Virus record (IMG/VR): IMGVR_UViG_3300008110_010000
Location: 62,001-126,000 of that record
Length of the DNA stretch: 64,000 nucleotides
Strand: one strand, 5' to 3'
Made by a program: the position numbers and the translations under genes. Below are positions 17,204-28,051 of the stretch, piece after piece (the first letter of the stretch is position 1; each line of letters opens with the position of its first letter). Under the pieces are notes generated by a model, which made no database searches, was not told the origin of the DNA, and worked only from the letters and a program-made list of their open reading frames with translations.

Positions 17204-18508
17204 ATGGTTAATTCACATTTAGAGAACGTATGGTTTTGTAGCATAATTTCTGATCCAATTTACGTGGAAGCTGCTAAACCTTCTTTCTTTAAGGATGTCA
17301 GATATCAGGAATGTTTTAAAATAGTCAAGTCATTTTGGAAAAAATATTCACAACTTCCTTCTACCCAGCAGGTTAAGGAAATTGTTAAGATGTTAAAGCT
17401 GAACGACAAACTTCCAGAATCACAGATTGATGTTATCTTCGACATTAAGCTTAATGACTATGATTCCGAATGGCTAAAAGAAAACACAGAAGCCTGGATA
17501 GAATGGAAGAATCTAGAGCAAAGTGCGATGGATTCTATTTCATACATTAAATCAACTGAGGTTTCCCCCGAAAATATCAAGGATGTAGTTAACACTTTTA
17601 AAACCATTATTAACGAAAGAAACAGCCTTGACTTTTCTTTTGATCTTGGATTGGATTTCACTGATCCCGAAAATCACAAACAACCCAAATCTAATACATT
17701 CTCTTCCGGGTATGATTTTATTGATATTTGTCTTGGCGGTGGATTTTCTGCCAAAAACCTTTATGTTTTTCTAGGTCAACCTAAGGTAGGAAAAACTCTA
17801 TGGCTAGGAAATATAGCAGCACAAGCAATCAGGGCTTCAAATAATGTTGCGATTATAACATTGGAACTTAACGATCGCAAGTATATGAAAAGGGTAGGAG
17901 CTAATCTTCTTGGCATCAAAATGTCAGAATATAATAATGCGACAGAGGACGGGGAACTGATCAAGAAGAAAATTAGAAATCTAACTTTTGATAACCTGTC
18001 AGTTCCAGGCCAGCTTTACGTAAAGGAATTTGGTACTAGCCAGGCATCAGTTCTAGATGTTGAAAAATGGCTCAGAAAGGTTGAAGAAGTCAAAGGTATT
18101 AAGTTTAAGATAGTAGTCATAGACTACATTAATATCATGAAGAACTGGAGAAATCCAAACACAGAGAACACCTACATGAAGATTAAGCAAATAGCGGAGG
18201 ATCTAAGAGCGATGGCACAGAGAAATAATTGGTCCGTTATTACAGCAACACAAACCAAGCAATCTGAATTCGATGCTACAGATCTTTCCATGAATTCGGC
18301 TTCAGAATCATCTGGACTTGTTGCAACAGTCGATGGTATGTTTGGTATTATTCAAGATCCACTGATGTACTCCAATAATGAATATAAATTAAAGGTACTA
18401 GCTAATAGAGATGAAGGATATAAAAATTCTTATAAAAAATTCCTCGTTGATTATAGCTTTATGAGGATCTCCGAAGATCCCAACTCCCAAATAATGAATG
18501 AGTCTTAA
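17204..18508 (+). CDS. Replicative DnaB-like helicase (T4 gp41-like)
   Basis: GQPKVGKT, ITLE, VIDYIN, AEDLR, TATQ, SES. Confidence 0.9.
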   Translation: MVNSHLENVWFCSIISDPIYVEAAKPSFFKDVRYQECFKIVKSFWKKYSQLPSTQQVKEIVKMLKLNDKLPESQIDVIFDIKLNDYDSEWLKENTEAWIEWKNLEQSAMDSISYIKSTEVSPENIKDVVNTFKTIINERNSLDFSFDLGLDFTDPENHKQPKSNTFSSGYDFIDICLGGGFSAKNLYVFLGQPKVGKTLWLGNIAAQAIRASNNVAIITLELNDRKYMKRVGANLLGIKMSEYNNATEDGELIKKKIRNLTFDNLSVPGQLYVKEFGTSQASVLDVEKWLRKVEEVKGIKFKIVVIDYINIMKNWRNPNTENTYMKIKQIAEDLRAMAQRNNWSVITATQTKQSEFDATDLSMNSASESSGLVATVDGMFGIIQDPLMYSNNEYKLKVLANRDEGYKNSYKKFLVDYSFMRISEDPNSQIMNES

Positions 18509-18966
18509 TGAAACAGAAAAAACTAATTGAAGAGGAAGAGAAGAAAGAAATAGAATTACCCGCTCAGGATTCAACGTTTGAAGAATACCTACATATAGAT
18601 GATGGAAGTAGAGATTATCATTCATTTAAAACTAGCAAGGATAATGACGATGAAAATTACAGGCATCTATCAGCATTAAACACTTTAGTTTATGAAATTT
18701 TTCACAGATCTAGATGGTGTGCTTTGGGACCGAATAAAAAAATACCTAAGGACTTGATCCCATTTTTATTTCAAGATCTATTAGAAGAAATGGAAGGTAC
18801 CGAATTTAGTATGGTAGAAAAATTTGTTACTATATGTGATTTCATGAACGTGGGATATCAGAAAGCTTACGAGCTAATACACATGAAATACAAAGAAATT
18901 ATTGTTAACGAAATGGATCAAAAATTTGGAATTGTTTCCAAAAAGAAGATCAAGAAAATATTCTAA
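18508..18966 (+). CDS. Hypothetical protein
   Basis: ORF translationally coupled to neighbours. Confidence 0.7.
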   Translation: MKQKKLIEEEEKKEIELPAQDSTFEEYLHIDDGSRDYHSFKTSKDNDDENYRHLSALNTLVYEIFHRSRWCALGPNKKIPKDLIPFLFQDLLEEMEGTEFSMVEKFVTICDFMNVGYQKAYELIHMKYKEIIVNEMDQKFGIVSKKKIKKIF

Positions 18967-20061
18967 ATGGATTCATCAAAGATTAAAAGGGTTTGGATGA
19001 TAACAGATACCCATCTGGGTGTCAGAAATAGCTCGGAAGAGTGGATCCAAATCATGAGAAAATATTTTTTTGAATGGTTTATACCTTTGGTTAAAAAAGA
19101 ATATAAGCCTGGTGATGCTTTAGTTCACTTGGGTGATGTTTACGACTCCAGACAAAGTATTAATCTCAAGGTATTAAACTTGTGTGTTGAGATCTTTAGT
19201 GAACTCTCTAAGATTTTTCCCGATGGAGTATATGTAATTTTAGGAAATCATGACTGCTACTCCAAAGAATCTAATGACATTAATTCTCTTAGTTCTCTAA
19301 AATGGATTCCTAATGTGAAAATATACGAGGAGCCTGAAAGTATTAAATTGGGGACTAGAAAAGTTCTCATGATGCCGTGGAGAACTAGCGAAGAATCCGC
19401 GGTTGAGCTACTTTCTGAAGCGGAAGAACACGATTATCTTTTCTGCCACAGCGATATTAAAGGACTTAGCTTTAATAAATACACAAAAATAGAGGAAGGA
19501 ATTGGCTATAATAAGCTGGAAAATTTCAATCGAGTTTATTCTGGGCACATCCATTACTCTCAAAATTTTGGTAAGGTTAGAATGCTAGGATCACCCTATC
19601 AACTAACTAGATCCGATATGGATAACAAAAAGGCAATACTTTTACTTGATCTGTCAACAGAGGAAGAAAAGCTATTCGAAAACGATTTTTCTCCTAAATT
19701 TATCCGAATGGGGTTTGATCGGGTTCTGGAAAAAACTCCTTCAGAACTTAGTGAGATTTTTAGAAACAATTTCGTTGATATTTTAATAGACCCAAAACTA
19801 GCAGTAAAGGCTTCTCTTGGGATTTTAACTGAAATGGTGTCAACACAGTTAAAAACAAACTTCACACCAATAACAGAAAATCAGGCAGAACAAAATGTAG
19901 AGGAAACATTGTTCAACCTAGATGGTAAGAATTTTTCCATTATAGATTTTGCTGATCAATATATCGGTGCTTTGGATGAACCAGACGAAGTTAAGGAGAG
20001 AATGAAAAAAACAATAAAAGTTCTCTATAATAGAATAGCTCACAAAGAGGAAAAAGAATGA
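18967..20061 (+). CDS. Mre11/SbcD-like nuclease (T4 gp47-like)
   Basis: TDTH, GDVYD, GNHD, SGHIH metallophosphoesterase motifs. Confidence 0.9.
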   Translation: MDSSKIKRVWMITDTHLGVRNSSEEWIQIMRKYFFEWFIPLVKKEYKPGDALVHLGDVYDSRQSINLKVLNLCVEIFSELSKIFPDGVYVILGNHDCYSKESNDINSLSSLKWIPNVKIYEEPESIKLGTRKVLMMPWRTSEESAVELLSEAEEHDYLFCHSDIKGLSFNKYTKIEEGIGYNKLENFNRVYSGHIHYSQNFGKVRMLGSPYQLTRSDMDNKKAILLLDLSTEEEKLFENDFSPKFIRMGFDRVLEKTPSELSEIFRNNFVDILIDPKLAVKASLGILTEMVSTQLKTNFTPITENQAEQNVEETLFNLDGKNFSIIDFADQYIGALDEPDEVKERMKKTIKVLYNRIAHKEEKE

Positions 20062-21722
20062 GATTATCAAAAATAGAATGGAGAAATTTTGCTTCCTATG
20101 GAAATAAAATACAATCTCTAACTTTCGGGGATAACCCTGGATTATATTTAGTAGTAGGAGAAAACGGAGCAGGTAAATCCACAATATCCGACGTTATAAC
20201 TTTCGGTCTTTATGGTAAACTCGACGGGAAAAAACTAAAGGATATTCCTAATAGAATTAACGGAAATGCTTGGGTGAAAATAACTTTCTTAGTAAATGGG
20301 GAGGAATATTCAGTTGAGAGAGGTTTAGATCCCTCAATTTTTAACCTATATGTTAATGGATCATTATATGATAAGGCTGGTTCTAGGTCAGTACAGGACT
20401 ATTTAACCGATGATATAATCCAAATTCCTAACTACGTTTTTAACAATACAATTTCTTTATCAATTAATGATTTTAAGAGCTTCCTTAAAATGTCTCCGTC
20501 GGATAAAAAATCCATCATTGATAAAATATTCGGATTTTATGTGATCAACGAAATGAGGGATCTTCTGAAGGAAGAAACTAAATCCATTCGAGAAAATTTG
20601 ATCAGGATTTCGGGGGAAGTTGATTCTCTTTCTAAAACACTTAGCAGAACACAGGAAGAAATGGATGTTCTTTCTAAAAAGATTCTAGAGGTTTCTAAGG
20701 ATAAGATAAGTGATTTGGAGGATAAAATTTCCAAATACAACCAGCTATTAGAAATACACAAAACAAAAACCTCTGAATTTTCGAGATTAGAATCAGATCT
20801 CCAGGGGGAAACCAGAAAAGCATACAAGATATTAACAGAGTCTAAGGGATCGTTAAGAGGAGTGGAAGAAAAGATGAGACTTTATAATAACGATAAATGC
20901 CCGACATGCGCTTCAGATCTTTCTAGTATTTTTCATCAGGGAATAAAAGATGGACTACTTAAACAGATCGATGATTTTAAAAAAGAAATTCTAGATGCTC
21001 AAAAAAATTATGATGATTGCTCTTCCAAAGAAGCAAATCTAAGAAAGGAAAGAGAGGAAATAAACACCAAAGGTAACAAGATTATAGTCAACATAAACTC
21101 TGCAAAAGAAGAACTAAAAAAACTAAAATCCGGTGCTTCCTCGGATGGAATAGATTCTCTTAAAAAAATAGCAGAGGAGACAAGAAACAATATCCAGGGA
21201 TTTACCGAAGAAAAATCTAAGGAGGATAAAAAAAGTGAGTGGCTTAAGAAGATAGAGGAAATCCTAGGGGAAAAAGGAATCAAGCAACTAGCGCTTAAAA
21301 CCATTCTTCCTTCTTTAAATAACCATATAGCGGAATTAATGCAATCCCTGCATCTTTCATATACAGTTACCTTTGACGAGGATTTTAATGCTTCTATCAT
21401 CCATATGGGTGAGGATATATCAATTTCAACTTTAAGCACCGGAGAAATGAAGAAAGTTGATTTTGCTGTACTTCTTTCCGTTATAAAGCTGATGAAAATA
21501 AGATTCAGTAGCATAAATCTTCTATTTTTGGATGAAATTTTTAGTTCTGTAGATCCGGACGGGGTTTACACGATTCTAAACACCCTCAGAAAAGTTTGTG
21601 ATGACCACGGACTTAATGTTTTTGTGATCAATCACGCTCCAATGCCTACCGAAATTTTCGATTACAAGATAGAAATTCAGAAAAGAAACAACTTCTCTGA
21701 TCTTTTAATAGAGAAGGTATAG
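20058..21722 (+). CDS. Rad50/SbcC-like ATPase (T4 gp46-like)
   Basis: GENGAGKST, coiled coil with CPTC hook, LSTGE, LFLDE. Confidence 0.92.
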   Translation: MRLSKIEWRNFASYGNKIQSLTFGDNPGLYLVVGENGAGKSTISDVITFGLYGKLDGKKLKDIPNRINGNAWVKITFLVNGEEYSVERGLDPSIFNLYVNGSLYDKAGSRSVQDYLTDDIIQIPNYVFNNTISLSINDFKSFLKMSPSDKKSIIDKIFGFYVINEMRDLLKEETKSIRENLIRISGEVDSLSKTLSRTQEEMDVLSKKILEVSKDKISDLEDKISKYNQLLEIHKTKTSEFSRLESDLQGETRKAYKILTESKGSLRGVEEKMRLYNNDKCPTCASDLSSIFHQGIKDGLLKQIDDFKKEILDAQKNYDDCSSKEANLRKEREEINTKGNKIIVNINSAKEELKKLKSGASSDGIDSLKKIAEETRNNIQGFTEEKSKEDKKSEWLKKIEEILGEKGIKQLALKTILPSLNNHIAELMQSLHLSYTVTFDEDFNASIIHMGEDISISTLSTGEMKKVDFAVLLSVIKLMKIRFSSINLLFLDEIFSSVDPDGVYTILNTLRKVCDDHGLNVFVINHAPMPTEIFDYKIEIQKRNNFSDLLIEKV

Positions 21723-21743
21723 TCCTTTCAAATATATAGGAAC

Positions 21744-22070
21744 ATGGCTATCACATCAAGAAATGACCTTGAGAGGTTCACGTATTTCTTCGTTTCTAAA
21801 AGTGTCAAGAAATACCTATCTCCACTACCGATTATAGAGTTTCATGTCTATAAATTCGAAAATCCAGTTTCTGCTGAGAGAGGTAAAAAATATTTAAGAG
21901 ACGAATTTACTTTAGACGTTTATCAAATAACGGATGAAGTATACAAAACAGAGTCTTTTGAACATCCCAAGTATAGAAACCAGAAAAACCAGTATATAAA
22001 GTTCAAATACATAGATATACCACTTAAAACTGTTCCTGTGGAGACCAGTAGAAATATAGAATTAGCATGA
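21744..22070 (+). CDS. Hypothetical late protein
   Basis: ORF after AATATATA. Confidence 0.65.
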   Translation: MAITSRNDLERFTYFFVSKSVKKYLSPLPIIEFHVYKFENPVSAERGKKYLRDEFTLDVYQITDEVYKTESFEHPKYRNQKNQYIKFKYIDIPLKTVPVETSRNIELA

Positions 22071-22864
22071 ATTTTTTAGATAAATTTAATAGCGATGACG
22101 TTTTTTTCAGAGGATTAATTATTGGGATGCTAAAATCCCTAAATGAAAAAATTACGTTTTATCAGACAACTAGTTCCGGAAAAATCCAAGAGATCTATAT
22201 CCCCTTCTTTTATTCTTTAGCAGGAGATGAATCATTTTTACAAGATTTTTATTTGAATTATGGTGACTGTGACGGAAATCCTCTATTTGCAGAGGGTAAC
22301 TATGATGTTATTCCAAGGGGAATTTTAGAATATCAAAGTTCTAGGATCACAACATCATCATCAACAAATAAGTATGTGAGGGGTACATATGAGAAAGAAA
22401 TCGTTCAGGAATCTGGAGGATCTGAGATAAAAGCTTATTCTGCTTATCTGTCACCAATACCAATTGATGCAACATTTTCACTTAAAATTAAGGTTGATAC
22501 TACGACGGATGCTCTAAAAATTCAGGCTAGAACTATAGAGGTTCTATTCAAAAACTTTATTTATTATTTTGAATATAACGGATTTAGAGTTCCAGTTCAA
22601 GCATCATTGGCTGATCAATTGCCAGATAAAGCTCCAAACGTTTTTAATTTTAGCTATGGAAGTACTGGAGGAGAAGGAATTACCTTATCGATCAACGTTA
22701 ATGCTGAGACATATTTACCACAACTAGATCTCTCGACAGAAAGGTTTAGAGGAAATCTAATGCAGGGAGGGATCAAATTAAAAACCGAATTAGGAGTAGT
22801 CCCACCTGATAATTCAGCCATTCTAAAAGGGTTTACAACTCTTTCCCAAACCACAATTAAATAA
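22067..22864 (+). CDS. Putative tail terminator/sheath stabiliser (T4 gp15-like)
   Basis: IPFFY, IPRG, PIP and ETYLP pattern; size and context. Confidence 0.55.
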   Translation: MNFLDKFNSDDVFFRGLIIGMLKSLNEKITFYQTTSSGKIQEIYIPFFYSLAGDESFLQDFYLNYGDCDGNPLFAEGNYDVIPRGILEYQSSRITTSSSTNKYVRGTYEKEIVQESGGSEIKAYSAYLSPIPIDATFSLKIKVDTTTDALKIQARTIEVLFKNFIYYFEYNGFRVPVQASLADQLPDKAPNVFNFSYGSTGGEGITLSINVNAETYLPQLDLSTERFRGNLMQGGIKLKTELGVVPPDNSAILKGFTTLSQTTIK

Positions 22865-23152
22865 TTAGGAATTTAGAGGCTGATCCTGTACAATATCTGT
22901 GATCTCTGTTCCTTTGGATGGATCCTGAGACTTTCTATATCCAAGAAGTCCTGCACCAATTCCAGTAAAAACAACAGACTGAAGTAAAATGTCAGTGTCC
23001 TTTATTAATGAACCATAAAGGAAAGATATGCTACCGATGGTACATATTAGCACACCCATAGTCCCGCTAGCAGAAGTTTTCCCGTTCGAATTAGAGGTCA
23101 TCTGAGCAAAACTGAATTTATTAATCATTTCTTTAAGATCTTTTAATCCCAT
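22865..23152 (-). CDS. Small two-TM membrane protein, holin-like
   Basis: Two hydrophobic segments, charged C-tail. Confidence 0.5.
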   Translation of the reverse strand: MGLKDLKEMINKFSFAQMTSNSNGKTSASGTMGVLICTIGSISFLYGSLIKDTDILLQSVVFTGIGAGLLGYRKSQDPSKGTEITDIVQDQPLNS

Positions 23153-23184
23153 ACCTAGATTTTATTCACCGATATATATGAGAA

Positions 23185-25356
23185 ATGACAGACCCGATTA
23201 TTTTTTCCAGCATTGGAAACTACAGAATTATTAACTACAGCGAAGCATTTAGCGACGTTAAAAAGTTTAAGGGATGGATTATAGAGGCCACCGGGGAATC
23301 GGGCGCTTCTAGGTATCTTAAAAAAGAATTTAGATGGAGCTTAAATAATAGCAATTGGTCTCTATGGATAGAATTAACCGAAGAAAATACCAATGCTTTG
23401 GATTTAAACCCAGATAATAAATTATATTTAGAATTCAAGTTTACCGCATTTTCTGACGAAGATGCAAGCCCACACCTTTCGGAAGGATCCCAATTAAATC
23501 CTGTAATTGAAATAGAAAATTTTGATCTGGATTTAGAGTATTTTGTACCTGATTATAGAGATCTAATAGTAAAACCTGCAGTTCTCTGTTCCAAGGAAAT
23601 GTACACAAGATCTATCATTTTTAATGATGATTGCGATCCAGATAAAGTATTTAAGCCTTATGATGTAAATCGTGGAATAAATGTTTATCAGGATTTAAGT
23701 AAAACAGTAAATGTTCTTTTTGGGCACGAGGTAAATTATTACTCAGTACAACCAAACGGAAGGGGAAAGGATGTAGTTCTCCGAGAATACAGTCTCTTCG
23801 ATGTTGTTGATGAAAAGTGTGTTAAAGTAATGGTTCCGGGTAACAATTTTCCGGACAATAAACCAATTTATGACACTTTTGGAATTCAATTTGTACAGCC
23901 TTTAGAAGTTCATATTGACAGAAAATATTTTGAGGGGATTTTTGGAAAGGGTGCACAGCCAAGAAAAAGGGATATTATATTTTTCCCATTAACAAACAGA
24001 ATCTATCAAATTGAGTCAACTTATTTGCACAGGGATTTTAATTTATATCCAGTTTTCTTCAAATGCCAATTGATGAAATATGAGGTAAAGAAAAATACCC
24101 AATTTATTAACAAGGAAGCAGAAAAAGAGCTCCTAGATTACACCGTAAACACACAGGATCTTTTTGGGGAGGAAACTCAGGAGGAAATAGAAAAAACAGT
24201 AAAACCCCAACAATATTTTGTTTCGTCACAAAGAAGAAACGAAGACCCAACTAGAGCATACATAGATCAGTATCTTCCAATTATAGAATATGATCTAAAT
24301 AATAACTGGACAATAGTATTCAATAGTTATTACGATCTAGAAAGATTTTTATACGAAGATCCAACATCTACAGCTAAAACTGATGAGCAAAGACAAGCTA
24401 TTAGATATAAATCATTACCTGTTTTGGAAGAGAATGAAGAAATATCATTCACCTGCTGGTTTAAAATGAAAAACTATATAGATAAAACAAAACTTGTTAA
24501 TAAACCCGCTTCCAAAATATCTATAACTTCATACACACAGGAAGATGGATTAATCACATATTCAACATATCCTATAGCACACAAATTGAGTATGGGGAGT
24601 AATCCAGAAGGATATGTTTCTGTGATTGCGGATGGATCTAGAAGCGGAGGGTTCAAAATAGTAGGTATTCCAGATGTATACAGATTTACAGTAAAAGATA
24701 ATGGAGCTGCTATAACTTCGTCAATTTCCACATGGAAAATGCAAAAAGCACAAGCCAGAACATTGATTCATGGAAGGAAGAACAATCAAGGAATTTGGAT
24801 ACAAATGATCTGGTCTGGATCCAATGAAACAGAAACAAGCACTAGTTACATACAAACAGGTTCTTTTAGAATTCTGATTAATGATTTAGAGATACTTTCA
24901 CCTTTTGGTGCTGGAACAACATCTTCATTAGGACAATTAATACCATCGCTCGAAGATTGGTATGGATTTGTATTTAACTTTTCGAATATATTTAAACAAT
25001 ACTCCATAAACGTTTGGAAAATGCTTTATGACCCAGAAAATCCAGAAGCTCAAACTTCTGATCTTGGATTAATTCATAATAAAGAGGGTGTAATCACTGA
25101 AAAATACACTTATAATATACCTTCAGATATTGAATTAGATAACCAGAAAGAAACTTGGAAAACTGATAATAATGCATACAAAGTATTAGGGAGTCCGCTT
25201 TTATTAACCAATTTGAGAATTTTCCAAAACATGATCGAAAAAGAAAAGCAATCTGCAATCTTGAATCAGAATGTTGTAGGGGATTCTCAGTTAGCAGTTA
25301 TTATAGATAATGCTAAACCGGTATTGAAGCTACCTAAAATTGCTAAAAACAGATAA
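23185..25356 (+). CDS. Neck/head-closure protein (gp14-like core) with N- and C-terminal extensions
   Basis: FGHEVNYY, DVVLREY, FGI, P...DIIFFP core; next to terminase. Confidence 0.55.
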   Translation: MTDPIIFSSIGNYRIINYSEAFSDVKKFKGWIIEATGESGASRYLKKEFRWSLNNSNWSLWIELTEENTNALDLNPDNKLYLEFKFTAFSDEDASPHLSEGSQLNPVIEIENFDLDLEYFVPDYRDLIVKPAVLCSKEMYTRSIIFNDDCDPDKVFKPYDVNRGINVYQDLSKTVNVLFGHEVNYYSVQPNGRGKDVVLREYSLFDVVDEKCVKVMVPGNNFPDNKPIYDTFGIQFVQPLEVHIDRKYFEGIFGKGAQPRKRDIIFFPLTNRIYQIESTYLHRDFNLYPVFFKCQLMKYEVKKNTQFINKEAEKELLDYTVNTQDLFGEETQEEIEKTVKPQQYFVSSQRRNEDPTRAYIDQYLPIIEYDLNNNWTIVFNSYYDLERFLYEDPTSTAKTDEQRQAIRYKSLPVLEENEEISFTCWFKMKNYIDKTKLVNKPASKISITSYTQEDGLITYSTYPIAHKLSMGSNPEGYVSVIADGSRSGGFKIVGIPDVYRFTVKDNGAAITSSISTWKMQKAQARTLIHGRKNNQGIWIQMIWSGSNETETSTSYIQTGSFRILINDLEILSPFGAGTTSSLGQLIPSLEDWYGFVFNFSNIFKQYSINVWKMLYDPENPEAQTSDLGLIHNKEGVITEKYTYNIPSDIELDNQKETWKTDNNAYKVLGSPLLLTNLRIFQNMIEKEKQSAILNQNVVGDSQLAVIIDNAKPVLKLPKIAKNR

Positions 25357-25358
25357 CT

Positions 25359-26156
25359 ATGCCAAGAAGACCGCCTAAAAACAAGGAAGGATCACCTATT
25401 ACCAAGGAACAAGCTCTCAAGAAAAAGCAGGAATTAGAGGATCTAATCTTTAACAACGAAACCCTTGATGGTTTAACTGCTCCTGATATTCCACCAATGA
25501 AGCCATCAAGAGTTATGAATTTTGACTCTTTGAAAACTGAGGTTGAAACTGAAGCAAAAAGTATTCTAAACTCGTTAATTAAATTTTATATGGATAGCGA
25601 TATAATCGATGAGAAAGATTATATTTCATTCAGAGCAAAAGTTGATGCACTGAGTATTTCCACTATGGCTTTTCAGATCAGAACCGCTCAACATGCAGTG
25701 ACTAAAATGTTAGACGAGATAGACGCAGGGGGTCAATATCAAGCAAGAAACTTTGAGGTGTTAGCTCAAATGCAAAACCAATTGATGCAAATGCCTGCAA
25801 AATTTCAGGCTTATCTGGCAGACATGGAAAAAACATATAAGAATTTGAACAATGAAGCTAAGCTTCAGGATAACACCAAACAACCTGTCATGTTTGATGG
25901 TGATGGGAATGAAGTAATCATTCCTGGATTGGGGGGTGAAGGAGGAACAGTAAAGGTTAGGGGTAATAAAGGATTTATGGAAGGACTTCAAAGCGTGATT
26001 AAAACCGAGGTAATAGTTAAAAAAGCTCAGGTTGTGGAAGAAGTTGAAAGCAATTTGATAGACCCGAAGATGAAGGATTTAATTACCCCAGAAAACGAAT
26101 TAAAGAAACAGATCGAAGATGAAACTAAAATAGAATTAGATGAAGATCTATTTTAA
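25359..26156 (+). CDS. Putative terminase small subunit
   Basis: Helical protein with ARNFEVL, directly upstream of TerL. Confidence 0.45.
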   Translation: MPRRPPKNKEGSPITKEQALKKKQELEDLIFNNETLDGLTAPDIPPMKPSRVMNFDSLKTEVETEAKSILNSLIKFYMDSDIIDEKDYISFRAKVDALSISTMAFQIRTAQHAVTKMLDEIDAGGQYQARNFEVLAQMQNQLMQMPAKFQAYLADMEKTYKNLNNEAKLQDNTKQPVMFDGDGNEVIIPGLGGEGGTVKVRGNKGFMEGLQSVIKTEVIVKKAQVVEEVESNLIDPKMKDLITPENELKKQIEDETKIELDEDLF

Positions 26157-26158
26157 TT

Positions 26159-27970
26159 ATGGCAGCTGAAGAAAAAATACAAAGTAATTATTGGACGTCT
26201 GCAAGAGTTGAAGAAATTATCAAAAACGCAGACGAAAAGGGCATAGATTTTAAAGACGTTGATAATCCATTCCATGAAAATGACCCGGAGCTCAGAAGAG
26301 GAGGGGTTCTTTATGAATATACTGAATGGGAGGTAGCAGAAATGAAGAGGTGTGCTTCTGATGTTATTTATTTTGCTAACACTTATTGTAACGCGATGAC
26401 GGACGAGGGTATTCGAAAGATAACACTTCGTGATTATCAAGAACAAATTCTTAGTCAATATCAAAAACACAGATTTAATATCTTCCTAAGCCCCAGACAA
26501 AGCGGTAAAACTGTTACGTCATCTATATTCTTGCTGTGGTATTTGCTTTTTAATTATGACAAAAACGCCATGATTTTGGCAAACATTGGAGACACTGCAA
26601 CAGAATTGATGGATAAGATTAAGATCATTATGAAGGGTCTCCCGTTCTTTTTAAAGCCTGGAATTTTAGTTTATAACGTTATGACCATGAAATTTGATAA
26701 TGGTTGTAGGATTATGGCAAAAACAACAACCAAGCAATCATCTATCGGTTTTACGGTTCACTTTTTATATATGGACGAGTTTGCCCATATCAATCCTAAT
26801 TTCATAGGTCAGTTCTTTAAATCTGTATATCCTACCATATCTTCTTCAAAGATTTCCAGAATTATTATCACTTCCACCCCTAACGGAATGAACAAATTTT
26901 ATGAAATCTATAAGTCTGCTATTGACGGGGAGAATGAATTCAATCCTATAAGAGTTGATTGGTGGCAGGTTCCTGGAAGGGACGAAGAGTGGAGAAAGAA
27001 AGAAATTGCTAACCTCGGATCGGAAGAAGATTTTAACCAGGAGTATGGAAATCAATTTCTAAGCTCTTCTAAGTTGCTTTTAGATTCATACACATTGAAA
27101 AAGCTCAAAAAAACAGAGGTTAAATTTGTGCACAAGGAGCTGTTGCCGTTTCAAAATTCAATTATAGATTATCAAAATTTAACTTGGCATCCAAATTTTG
27201 ACCCAACAAATCTTTGGGAAGAGGGAGAAAATAAGAGATTTGTAATTTCTGTAGACACCGCAGCGGGAGGTGGTGGGGATTACAGTGTTGTTAATATTCT
27301 TAAGGTTTCTCCTAAACCTCTTGTCTTAATAGAGGAAAAGAAATTTTTTGAAGACGAATCTGACTTTTTTTCGTTGCTACAGGTCGGGATATTCAGATCA
27401 AATACTATTCAAATAGAGGAACTTAAGGTTTTTTTAGAAATATTATGCGCTGATGTTTTTAATCCGGAACAAATAAAATTGGTTGTTGAAGTTGACTACA
27501 GGGGAGAATATTTAATTGAAAAATTGCTTACGGGAGAGAAGCTTTTTTCTGAAATGTTTGTCTATACCAAGCATACAGAAAGCTCCAAGCAACTTAAAAC
27601 CGGAGTTAAAGTAACACCTAAAACCAAAGAAAAATACTGTGAGGACTTAAAAATTAATACAAGAAACTCAAAAATTATCCCCACAGAGATCACTACAATT
27701 CTAGAATTAAGCAATTTTGGGGAAACTAGCAAGGGAATTTATCAGAGTCAAATTGGAAATGATGATATAGCCATGACATTGGTAAATGCCAATTCTGTAT
27801 TTGAATATCAAGATTTTATGTATTTAGTAATGGATGTTTTCGATTCAATTTCGGAAAAATACAAAATTGCGATAAATAAAAAACTAGCAGAAACCGGAGA
27901 AACTGGAATTCAAGGTGACGCTGCTAGTAGAGAAATGGAAACATACAATGTTTTCAAGGACTTCTTTTAG
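26159..27970 (+). CDS. terL: Terminase large subunit (T4 gp17-like)
   Basis: LRDYQ, PRQSGKT, LYMDEFAHI, STPNG, SVDTA, DDIAM. Confidence 0.93.
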   Translation: MAAEEKIQSNYWTSARVEEIIKNADEKGIDFKDVDNPFHENDPELRRGGVLYEYTEWEVAEMKRCASDVIYFANTYCNAMTDEGIRKITLRDYQEQILSQYQKHRFNIFLSPRQSGKTVTSSIFLLWYLLFNYDKNAMILANIGDTATELMDKIKIIMKGLPFFLKPGILVYNVMTMKFDNGCRIMAKTTTKQSSIGFTVHFLYMDEFAHINPNFIGQFFKSVYPTISSSKISRIIITSTPNGMNKFYEIYKSAIDGENEFNPIRVDWWQVPGRDEEWRKKEIANLGSEEDFNQEYGNQFLSSSKLLLDSYTLKKLKKTEVKFVHKELLPFQNSIIDYQNLTWHPNFDPTNLWEEGENKRFVISVDTAAGGGGDYSVVNILKVSPKPLVLIEEKKFFEDESDFFSLLQVGIFRSNTIQIEELKVFLEILCADVFNPEQIKLVVEVDYRGEYLIEKLLTGEKLFSEMFVYTKHTESSKQLKTGVKVTPKTKEKYCEDLKINTRNSKIIPTEITTILELSNFGETSKGIYQSQIGNDDIAMTLVNANSVFEYQDFMYLVMDVFDSISEKYKIAINKKLAETGETGIQGDAASREMETYNVFKDFF

Positions 27971-27980
27971 GTATTTTTTT

Positions 27981-28034
27981 GATATATAGATTAAGAGCAG
28001 GACTCCCGAAGTTCTCACCTCGAAAAGATATATA
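27981..28034 (+). promoter_or_regulatory. Tandem GATATATA putative late promoters
   Basis: Copies at 27981 and 28027 upstream of the sheath gene. Confidence 0.6.
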
Positions 28035-28051
28035 CAAGTAAAAAATACAAA

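Noticed and set aside
15740-27970. Introns or inteins in UvsX, helicase or terminase
   Set aside because: Protein lengths and motif spacing are normal; no insertions are evident
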